From: Gemmatimonadota bacterium
Lineage (GTDB): Bacteria > 4572-55 > J002
Direction: 5' to 3'
Assembly (NCBI GenBank): GCA_003697105.1
Contig: RFFQ01000003.1
Location: forward strand, 4,235-68,234
Length of the DNA: 64,000 nucleotides
The notes under the pieces are model-generated. The model searched no databases and was not told the DNA's origin. It saw only the letters and a list, made by a program, of their open reading frames with translations. Positions within the stretch are counted from its first letter, which is position 1. Each line of letters opens with the position of its first letter. Made by a program: the position numbers and the translations under genes. Shown here piece by piece: positions 37,777 through 45,275 of the stretch.

Positions 37777-38694
37777 TTAGCCATTATATGTTGATCCCTT
37801 TCCAAACAGCGTTAATTGTGTCGCTATCGGCGATTTCTTCTCCTCGTATGTAGGCACAAAATTCGTGACAAGCGCCTCAAGCATCGGATTTCTGTTTTTT
37901 TCCCTTGCTCCAACATGGTAAAAGTGATCTTTGGTGAGAACATTGTACCCACTCCAAAACATTGCAATAAACTGGTTTGCTCTAAACTCATTTCCATGCC
38001 ACGTGGAGAGAATAAACCGAGCTTCTGTCTCCCCAAGAAGCTTTGCTAGTTGCCGTTCATGTTCCTCGTCCCACCCGTTAAAATAATCCGTATGACGAGC
38101 GATATATGGAGGGTCGCAATACAGCAGATCGCTAGGCAATGCTTCAGCAATTGTCTCGGAGTAATCCTGGCAACGGAACTCGTAATCACCTAAGACACAA
38201 GCGTCTGCAACCATTTGAACTTGATTGACTATCTTTGTGATATAGGCCTGCGCGAAACGATTTGGCTTTCGACAGAATGGAACATTGAATTCGCCCTTGC
38301 GATTGAAACGAATCATTCCGTTAAAACATGCCCTGTTCAAAAAAAGGAAATCGAGAGGATTACCGTAACGGTTGAATCTTTGTCGAACTGAGTAATAATG
38401 CTCTCCTTCAGAGCGTAGTAATTCTGCGCCTTCTCTCTCGAGAAATTCCCTCGTGATTGCAGCAGTTATCTCACCCTTGGCGACTGCTTGGTAAAAATTG
38501 ATGACGTGTGGGTTTGAGTCTGCTAGCAATGCCTTTCGGGGTCTCACATTGAAGGCCACGACGCCTGACCCCATAAACGGCTCAATCCAGCGACCGTCAA
38601 AATCGGAAGGGATAATAGCTTTTATCCAAGGAACTAATTTCGTCTTGATCCCTTGACACTTTATTGGTGGCACCAGTATTCGCTGACTGCTCAT
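37777..38694 (-). CDS. N6-adenine DNA methyltransferase (Dam/D12 class, alpha group)
   Basis: 305 aa with motif [12 protein letters not shown] near the N-terminus and motif [10 protein letters not shown]. Its start overlaps the upstream gene's stop (ATGA). Confidence 0.8.
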   Translation of the reverse strand: MSSQRILVPPIKCQGIKTKLVPWIKAIIPSDFDGRWIEPFMGSGVVAFNVRPRKALLADSNPHVINFYQAVAKGEITAAITREFLEREGAELLRSEGEHYYSVRQRFNRYGNPLDFLFLNRACFNGMIRFNRKGEFNVPFCRKPNRFAQAYITKIVNQVQMVADACVLGDYEFRCQDYSETIAEALPSDLLYCDPPYIARHTDYFNGWDEEHERQLAKLLGETEARFILSTWHGNEFRANQFIAMFWSGYNVLTKDHFYHVGAREKNRNPMLEALVTNFVPTYEEKKSPIATQLTLFGKGSTYNG

Positions 38695-39578
38695 GGTTGG
38701 TTATTCCTTGGGACAATAAGCGACGGATCTCCTCCGCGATATTTCACAAAATCAACAAGTGATGTAATCTTCCGGCTTTTCCCATCCGGGCCTCTGGTGA
38801 GGATCTTTCCATAATTCATCCAGTAATCGTCAAACCACTCCTCGCCCAGCTTTGAGAACATACCATTACCAGACAGGATATCGTCGATGCGCTGGATGCT
38901 TCCGATATTGGCTGTATTTCCGGACCCACCTTTGTCGCCAGCGATTCGCCATTTCTCGGCAACGAAAAACTGGATATTTGATATGACGGAGGTGATGGAG
39001 TGCAATTGCTCAATAGGATACGAACGTGTCTCGTCAATAGAAGCCCCGTCAGAGCGATCATAGATAATACCTAAGCAGAAATGTCCAGAATAGCTTCCGT
39101 AAGGAAACTGTATGTTCTTGGTGCTTGTTCGGTCCTGGAAATATTTGCCATGCGATCCAAGAGTGAATCCGTTGCAAAGCCAAGGCTTATCCGGAAGGCG
39201 ATAGGTCGTCTTAAAGTCAACAGCAAACCGCACTGAATCATCTTGTTTGGAGACAAATGATATGTCCGGGTAGTAATTCTGATGCTCAGCGAGAACGAGG
39301 GCGAATCCATGATCTCCAGCAAAGGCAAGGATTCGAGGGAAGAGGTGGATTTCAAGGATCTTGGAGACAATCTTGGTGTCAGACGAAATCGTATAAACGT
39401 TCCGAAATGTGTCGATGAATCCCTTGACTGTCCACTGACCGTCGTCCGTGCTTACGTGTCCCGTAAGGGTGCCTGCAAGCTCTTTTAGCGCTTTTTCGAA
39501 TTCTGCTCTCGTCATTGCTTGTGATCTCTTTCTTATGGCTAACATGATGAATATCCTTAGAAAACCACGCAAAAACAA
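38691..39578 (-). CDS. Putative type II restriction endonuclease, partner of the Dam-type methyltransferase
   Basis: About 270-295 aa with no recognisable methyltransferase motifs. It is translationally coupled to the methyltransferase. The track start is a TTG, and an internal ATG ([13 protein letters not shown], near 39515) is a plausible alternative. The restriction-enzyme assignment rests on context only. Confidence 0.4.
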   Translation of the reverse strand: MFLRGFLRIFIMLAIRKRSQAMTRAEFEKALKELAGTLTGHVSTDDGQWTVKGFIDTFRNVYTISSDTKIVSKILEIHLFPRILAFAGDHGFALVLAEHQNYYPDISFVSKQDDSVRFAVDFKTTYRLPDKPWLCNGFTLGSHGKYFQDRTSTKNIQFPYGSYSGHFCLGIIYDRSDGASIDETRSYPIEQLHSITSVISNIQFFVAEKWRIAGDKGGSGNTANIGSIQRIDDILSGNGMFSKLGEEWFDDYWMNYGKILTRGPDGKSRKITSLVDFVKYRGGDPSLIVPRNNQP

Positions 39579-39605
39579 TGGCGCACCTTATGTATGGACT
39601 CAAAT

Positions 39606-40832
39606 TTAACAATAAATCCGGATGGTATCGATGATGAACCGGGCAGCATCCATGACTTCTTGGTAATCCGTACCGCGTACAAAAATGTTGCTCTCACCGA
39701 CATAGCTGTGTTGCCTCAAAGTGCCCACCGGCGCAATATCTTCTGCCACGATCAAGTGCCCCACGGTCTGGTGGACTTTTTCTAAGCCATAGATTTCCTG
39801 AATGTGTTGCCCACTGCCTTGTGCCCGTAAAAAGCAAATCGCCACATCGTACAACCGGGGTTGGTCGGGACGTAAATCAGTTTGACCGAAAACCATGGTT
39901 TTACCCCATTCCGCATATAGGTTGATGTCATGCCCATAGTTGTGCAGACCTAAAATGCGGTCACCGGAGGGGCGCGCCGCAATTTCACTGACATAAATAT
40001 CGCCGGTTTTCCGATGACGAAACCATTCCATGTGGGTAATAGAGGTATCCAGCCCTAAAGCGTTAATGGTTGCCACGCCGGCTTGGCGCAGGTCGGCGTA
40101 TTCCTCGCTGTCGGGGTGATCTTTGGCAAAACTGTAAATCGATTGAATCCACGAGTTATTCATCGCGTGGAGCGGATTCGGTTCATAGTGCGTCATAGAG
40201 TAGAAATGAATCTGACCGTCAATGGTAATGGTATCAAAAGAACCTTCTTCCCCATCAATAAATTGCTCCAACATGACGGGATAGCGAGAAAGTTGCTCTA
40301 AATTACAATGCGCTTGCAATTCCGCCCAACTGTTGATTAAAAATGTAGAGATAGTACCCGCCCCGCGCACCGGCTTGAGCACCACCGGAAAACCATGCGT
40401 TTCTACGAAGGCTTCTGCCGCGGAATAAGAGTCAATTTGTTGAAATGCGGTACACCGGATGCCATGTTCTCGCAGGATTTCCTTCATGTAAGCCTTATCG
40501 CGAAATCGTCGCGCCATTTCGGTGTGCATACCCGGCAGATGGAACTGCTCCCGCAATTGAGAGATCGGCAGTTGAAGTTCCTCCAAGATATTGAGTAGTG
40601 CGTGAATCTCATATTCATCTTGGAGATCGGCAATCGCTTGTTCCAGTTGACGATAATCGAGCGCATTCTGCACCGAATATACCTCATCAAACAGATTCAA
40701 ACTTGCCAGATAGTCGGTTCGATCTGCACTGAGTGCAATCAGATTGAGGTCGGGTAACTGCCGGAGCGGATAGATAAAGCGAAGCGTCATTTCGCCAAAA
40801 TGGGGTGAATAAAATACGACGTTGCGTCTCAT
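39606..40832 (-). CDS. ATP-grasp family ligase (carboxylate-amine/peptide ligase-like)
   Basis: The start was refined to the ATG at 40832 (MRRNVVFYSPHFGEMTL...). It is preceded by GGAGGG 4 nt upstream, which overlaps the upstream gene's TAA stop. There is an ATP-grasp core (HGFPVVLKPVRGAGTISTFLI ... MLEQFIDGEEGSFDTI ... YVSEIAARPSGD) with an N-terminal pre-ATP-grasp domain. Confidence 0.7.
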   Translation of the reverse strand: MRRNVVFYSPHFGEMTLRFIYPLRQLPDLNLIALSADRTDYLASLNLFDEVYSVQNALDYRQLEQAIADLQDEYEIHALLNILEELQLPISQLREQFHLPGMHTEMARRFRDKAYMKEILREHGIRCTAFQQIDSYSAAEAFVETHGFPVVLKPVRGAGTISTFLINSWAELQAHCNLEQLSRYPVMLEQFIDGEEGSFDTITIDGQIHFYSMTHYEPNPLHAMNNSWIQSIYSFAKDHPDSEEYADLRQAGVATINALGLDTSITHMEWFRHRKTGDIYVSEIAARPSGDRILGLHNYGHDINLYAEWGKTMVFGQTDLRPDQPRLYDVAICFLRAQGSGQHIQEIYGLEKVHQTVGHLIVAEDIAPVGTLRQHSYVGESNIFVRGTDYQEVMDAARFIIDTIRIYC

Positions 40833-40842
40833 AGAACCCTCC

Positions 40843-41040
40843 TTACTCCCCCACCGGACGAATGACAATTTCCTCTGACGGCTCTAACCCGATCACTTGT
40901 TGCACATTGACGGTTTCCAGCGCCTCATCTTTTACCTCAAAGACGATCTGTTGACCCTCCGCCAACCGGATATAAATCGCTTTGGGGTTTTCGATTTCAG
41001 TCGGCTGAAAATCTTGATCGACAATAGTTACGGTAAACAT
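40843..41040 (-). CDS. 65-aa acidic beta-grasp-like (MoaD/ThiS-like) small protein ending in ...PVGE
   Basis: ATG at 41040 with AAGGGAGGTG 8 nt upstream. Product is MFTVTIVDQDFQPTEIENPKAIYIRLAEGQQIVFEVKDEALETVNVQQVIGLEPSEEIVIRPVGE, with 13 acidic residues (3 D, 10 E) against 4 K/R. The N-terminal beta-strand and the C-terminal EEIVIRPVGE resemble the MoaD terminus (...DEVAFFPPVTGG), but with Glu in place of the terminal Gly-Gly. It is 21 nt downstream of rnfB. Confidence 0.45.
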   Translation of the reverse strand: MFTVTIVDQDFQPTEIENPKAIYIRLAEGQQIVFEVKDEALETVNVQQVIGLEPSEEIVIRPVGE

Positions 41041-41061
41041 CGGCACGCACCTCCCTTTAGA

Positions 41062-41925
41062 TTAATGAACGTGTTCCTGTTTTGGCTTGGCAAAATCAGT
41101 CTTCGCCCACAATTCAGGCATTTGCTGACCTTCAATCCAGACGATAGCTTGGGTGGGACAGCGATAGGTCGCAATGGGGGTCTGCAACTCCATTTTAAGC
41201 ATATTCAGCACGGGGATGTTGTTTTCCATGGTGAGCAAGCCTTCCGGCGCATCGGCGACACAGCGCCCGCAAGCGGTACAGGCTACCTGACATTGTGCCA
41301 GGGCTTGGTCACCCTCCAGTTGGGATTTACACTGAACCACCAGACACCGGCTGACCGGATAGAGTTCAAACAGGTCTTTGGGGCAGGCGCGGACACAATC
41401 CCCACAGGCAGTACATTTCGCCACATCGACAATGGGCAAGCCGGTATCCGACATGCGGATGGCATCAAAGGTACAAGCATCAAAGCAATCCCCCAGCCCC
41501 AGACAACCATAGGTACATGCTTTGGATCCCCCCGTGACGACCGCCGCCGCCCGGCAAGAGGAATACCCCTCGTAAGTACCGACCTGATACGCGACATCCG
41601 CACCTCCGGCACAGAGCAACCGGGCAACTTTACGCTCGGCTTCACCTGCATCGATTCCCAGATAGGTGGCAATATAAGTTGCCGTTTCGGCACCGCCGAC
41701 CGGGCACTGGCTCGGTTTGACTGCCCCCTCTACCACGCTCTCGGCAAAGGCACGGCAGCCGGCAAGCCCGCAAGCGCCGCAATTGGCGCCGGGCAGATAA
41801 TCTGCCACCACCTCAATGCGAGGGTCTTCATACACCTTCAATTTGGAGTTGGCAATCACCAACACAATTGCCAGCGCCACACTCAGTCCTGAAATAAATC
41901 CAATGGCTGTAATCATCCCGCGCAC
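41062..41925 (-). CDS. rnfB: Rnf complex subunit B (membrane-anchored polyferredoxin)
   Basis: 287 aa with an N-terminal transmembrane helix, an RnfB-type Cys-rich cluster (ANCGACGLAGCRAFAE ... QCPVGG), and two 4Fe-4S ferredoxin motifs (CTACGDCVRACP, CTACGRCVADAP). It lies about 10 kb away from rnfCDGEA. Confidence 0.8.
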   Translation of the reverse strand: MRGMITAIGFISGLSVALAIVLVIANSKLKVYEDPRIEVVADYLPGANCGACGLAGCRAFAESVVEGAVKPSQCPVGGAETATYIATYLGIDAGEAERKVARLLCAGGADVAYQVGTYEGYSSCRAAAVVTGGSKACTYGCLGLGDCFDACTFDAIRMSDTGLPIVDVAKCTACGDCVRACPKDLFELYPVSRCLVVQCKSQLEGDQALAQCQVACTACGRCVADAPEGLLTMENNIPVLNMLKMELQTPIATYRCPTQAIVWIEGQQMPELWAKTDFAKPKQEHVH

Positions 41926-41928
41926 CCT

Positions 41929-44238
41929 CTAGTTAAATTTTTCTGCCCGTTTCATCAGGTCTTCTAAGCCTTCTTCATTCGGGTTTTTCGGTTTACCGGG
42001 ATGGATAATATGCACGGGGCAGTTTTCTGCCGCCTCCACCAATTGGCGGAAGGTTCCGGCAGTCGCATCCTTGATAATGGCTTGTTTATTTTCATCATAG
42101 GCAAACATCTTGTTGTTTTTGTTGATACACTCATTGCATGAGGTACATAGCGGGGTATCAATATACGGTTCATCAAAGGTGATGGCTTCTTCTTCGGGTT
42201 CTTCTTCTGCCGCCGGTTCAGAAGCAGAAGGTGTTTCTTCTGTTTTTGTAGGGGGTTTGGGCGGAGCGGTGGCAGGCGTAGTAACCGGAGCAAACGTCGC
42301 CATCCCGGAACTTTCACTCAAAAGACCGCTGGCGATCTTATCAATAATCACCTTGGTCAGTTCACCCACGTTTTGATCCATTTCCGCTTGATATTTGGCT
42401 TCCAGAGCTTGCAATTCTTGAGCTTTTTCAGCCGCGAGTCGCTCTTTTTCGGCTTCGATTGCCGCGTTGACGTAGGAGTTGTTAATACCGCCCAATTCCT
42501 GCAACAGGTTCCAGCGAGTCAGGCACAATCGAGTTTTGGCAACCATCTCGCGGCTCACCACTGCCCGAAATAGCGAGCCTTCCGCATCAACTAACAGTAG
42601 ATACGGTACTTTATCCCGGGCTTCCGCACCATCCATCGCCATAAATGTTGAGAGCGGCACCATATTTTCCACCCAATCCGTTTGGGGAACCGGTAAAAAA
42701 TGGTTCGCGAACCGGGTATCCATCGCGGCAAAATGGGCATAGGTAAAGTTCATTTCACGGGTATGTTCTTCCTCACCGTCGGTATAAGTAACCTCGGCAA
42801 GTGACCAGTGCCGTTCCGGTTGGGGGGTGGAAGTAACATCAAAACGGGATGCCCAGGTAGTACCGTGACCGGGATGGTACAAAAAAGCGGGAAATGCACG
42901 CGACTCAACGGCAACCGCCGCCCGTAAGTACGGACTCAAAAGGGGAATATGAGCCGAGTTACCGACGTAGATACAAAACAGCGCCGGTCCAGCATACGCT
43001 AGCCCATCAGTACCGCCATGAAATAAGCGCTCAATATTGGAATTGGTGGTCTGCCAAACAAACGCAGAGCCTAACGCCGTTGCCATTTGCGCCCAATGAT
43101 GCGCTACATCACTCACCCGCAGTAACATTTTGATGCGCTGGTTTGAATCTAAAATATCCAGTAACGCCGCTTGGTCCTCCCCGGTTAAATCATCACTGCT
43201 CACATCCACCAATACCGGCGGGCAGATATTCAATTCTTCAGGGGTGAGGTCTGTGAGGTCAAAATCTGCAAAAAGGGGATCGAACGTTTCTTCCTTATAT
43301 TTATTTTGGCTTTCTAAGACGCCGATACGATACCACTTAAAAAATTCGACCATAGATTTCATTTGGGTGGCGTAAATCGTTTTGGCAGAGGCAAAATCAT
43401 GGACGAGTAATTCCGCCGGGGGGACATTTCCATAAATTCTTTTCATTTGATTGAGTTTTTCAATGGTAGTCTGGATACGCTCCCGGCGTGTGGCAGGTAA
43501 GGTTGTTTGGATATGCCCTTGCCGGAGAATCTGCGAAAGGGTATTAAAATCGACATCATTTGTGCCCATTGAATCTCGCAAGCGTTCTGGATTTGCTTCC
43601 TCCATTTTTTCCTCATCGACCCGCAGGATGTCCGTCAATTGGCGGATTAACGCTTCGATTTCTTCCCGCACGGGGCGTCCTTTTTCCCGCCAGTAGAACT
43701 GCCACACATGCCAGAGCAACTGTGACAGCGTATGCTCATCGCATGAAATAACCTTTCCATCAAGCTGAAGCGCATCCGTAGCGTGTTGAAGTCCGGTCGT
43801 GGCGATTTCACGCTTGCGAGAATCCGGAATTTGAGCACAGACGTGTTCCACGGCGGCATTCCATAACTCTGAGAGCCTTCCCGAACCGGCTTCTGCGACT
43901 TGAGATTTAATGTCCGCCTCCACGCGATACAATTGGCGGCGCAAAATTTCGGCTTCATCTCCGGTACCGACAACCTGCGTAACCAGATCATCGATCACCC
44001 GCATTAAGGAATGCACCACTCCGCCCGCCTGCCCGGTCTCCCCAGGGGCTACCGGTTCATCTAACAGTACCAGCGGGTAATCGTACCGGATGTGGAGTGG
44101 GTTGATTTGATGGTATTGGGCAATCATCACCGGCATCAGTTGATGCTCGCCCAGTGGGGGGGTCTTACTCCCTTTGCGATAAAACGTTTGCATATCGTGC
44201 CAGGTTATTTTGCCACGTTTTGGATCATGTTCCGGCAT
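41929..44238 (-). CDS. Paralogue of the PFOR TPP-domain/C-terminal tail with degenerate TPP motif, plus C-terminal ferredoxin-like domain (function unknown)
   Basis: 769 aa. The segment ELNICPPVLVDVSSDDLTGED ... VAVESRAFPAFLYHPGHG ... TRWNLLQELGGI ... EKERLAAEKAQELQALEAKYQAEMDQN aligns with ELCPPLLVVGGDGALGEAG ... LAVESRTFPVFTYPPGQP ... RFWRLLQELAGI ... EQEKAALIADYEAQLATLDQQ of the 1523-aa PFOR-like protein. The GGDG motif is replaced by DVSSDD. A Pro/Glu-rich linker follows, then CTSCNECINKN ... CPVHIIHP. It sits 3 nt upstream of rnfB. Confidence 0.5.
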   Translation of the reverse strand: MPEHDPKRGKITWHDMQTFYRKGSKTPPLGEHQLMPVMIAQYHQINPLHIRYDYPLVLLDEPVAPGETGQAGGVVHSLMRVIDDLVTQVVGTGDEAEILRRQLYRVEADIKSQVAEAGSGRLSELWNAAVEHVCAQIPDSRKREIATTGLQHATDALQLDGKVISCDEHTLSQLLWHVWQFYWREKGRPVREEIEALIRQLTDILRVDEEKMEEANPERLRDSMGTNDVDFNTLSQILRQGHIQTTLPATRRERIQTTIEKLNQMKRIYGNVPPAELLVHDFASAKTIYATQMKSMVEFFKWYRIGVLESQNKYKEETFDPLFADFDLTDLTPEELNICPPVLVDVSSDDLTGEDQAALLDILDSNQRIKMLLRVSDVAHHWAQMATALGSAFVWQTTNSNIERLFHGGTDGLAYAGPALFCIYVGNSAHIPLLSPYLRAAVAVESRAFPAFLYHPGHGTTWASRFDVTSTPQPERHWSLAEVTYTDGEEEHTREMNFTYAHFAAMDTRFANHFLPVPQTDWVENMVPLSTFMAMDGAEARDKVPYLLLVDAEGSLFRAVVSREMVAKTRLCLTRWNLLQELGGINNSYVNAAIEAEKERLAAEKAQELQALEAKYQAEMDQNVGELTKVIIDKIASGLLSESSGMATFAPVTTPATAPPKPPTKTEETPSASEPAAEEEPEEEAITFDEPYIDTPLCTSCNECINKNNKMFAYDENKQAIIKDATAGTFRQLVEAAENCPVHIIHPGKPKNPNEEGLEDLMKRAEKFN

Positions 44239-44281
44239 TTTTTCCTCATCACAAGAATAGAAAAATGACTAATGCTAAAGG

Positions 44282-45259
44282 TTAGGCGACTTTTTCGGCT
44301 TGGGGCACTACACTAAATTTATCAAATTCAGCTTCCAAATTTTCGCGAAGACGGTCAATGGTCATCACGTGTTTGGGACGCCGTAGTTCACAATATTGAC
44401 GGACTTGGGGGTTATGGTACAACAGACCAATCGGTACATGTTCGCGGTCTTCCGCCAATTCGCGCGCCCGATGAATATTACTTGGATCATGTTCGATTTG
44501 CCGTTTGTAAATTCGCGCCATTGTATCATCAAGGACCATTCCGTTTTCATGGACAAGCATTTCCATCCGGTCTGGGTTGGTGATCATGGGGTCAAAATGG
44601 GTGGGGGCAAATGCGGGGCAACGCTGCAAAATGCGGATAAACGCAAAGCCGGGATGGTGATAGGCTTTTTCGATCAATTGGGCTAACAAACTGGGCATCC
44701 ATTCCGCTACTTGTGCCACAAAGGAAACGTTGGTAATCCCCAACGTGACGGTCAGGGGATTCAGGGCTCGCATATACGCCCCCCGGGGTGTCGTGTTGGT
44801 CTTGAACCCTTCCGGGGTCGTTGGCGAGCTTTGTAATTTTGTTAAGCCATAGAGATTGTTATCGTGGACCATTACGACCATGCGCATATTCATCCGTACC
44901 GCATGAATCCAGTGAGCCGTTCCAATACTGAAGCAGTCGCCATCACCGGTATTGACAAAAATGTGCAAATCCGGGCGACGAATGCGAATGCCTTGAGCAA
45001 TGGGAAATGCTCTACCATGCAAGCCATGAAACCCGTAGGTTTTCATATAGTGGGGGAACCGGCTAGAACAGCCAATACCGGAAACAAACACCGTTTTTTC
45101 AGGCGGTAATTGTTCATCTCGGCAGAGCTTTTGGACTGCCGTTAAAATGGCACTATCCCCGCACCCCGGACACCAACGGGGAATATTACTTTGGTAATCT
45201 TCCATGCGGTAATATTCATGGTCTAATTCCGGTATGCTATCCAATTGGAAACCAAACAT
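44282..45259 (-). CDS. 2-oxoacid:ferredoxin oxidoreductase beta subunit (TPP-binding)
   Basis: 325 aa with WCPGCGDSAILTAV and GIGCSSRFPHYMKTYGFHGLHGRAFPIAQGI ... GDGDCFSIG, the TPP GDG motif of the KorB/PorB family. Confidence 0.85.
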   Translation of the reverse strand: MFGFQLDSIPELDHEYYRMEDYQSNIPRWCPGCGDSAILTAVQKLCRDEQLPPEKTVFVSGIGCSSRFPHYMKTYGFHGLHGRAFPIAQGIRIRRPDLHIFVNTGDGDCFSIGTAHWIHAVRMNMRMVVMVHDNNLYGLTKLQSSPTTPEGFKTNTTPRGAYMRALNPLTVTLGITNVSFVAQVAEWMPSLLAQLIEKAYHHPGFAFIRILQRCPAFAPTHFDPMITNPDRMEMLVHENGMVLDDTMARIYKRQIEHDPSNIHRARELAEDREHVPIGLLYHNPQVRQYCELRRPKHVMTIDRLRENLEAEFDKFSVVPQAEKVA

Positions 45260-45275
45260 GACGGTTCTCCTTCCT

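Noticed and set aside
40897-41892. 331-aa plus-strand ORF (and similar antisense ORFs such as 35820..36323, 53956..54522, 2452..2925, 10691..11098, 46926..47348)
   Set aside because: These lie entirely antisense to well-supported genes (rnfB, PFOR-like, hoxH, sensor kinase, merA/merT, oxidoreductase). Their translations are low-complexity and Arg/Gly/His-rich with no motifs. They are shadow ORFs of GC-biased coding sequence.
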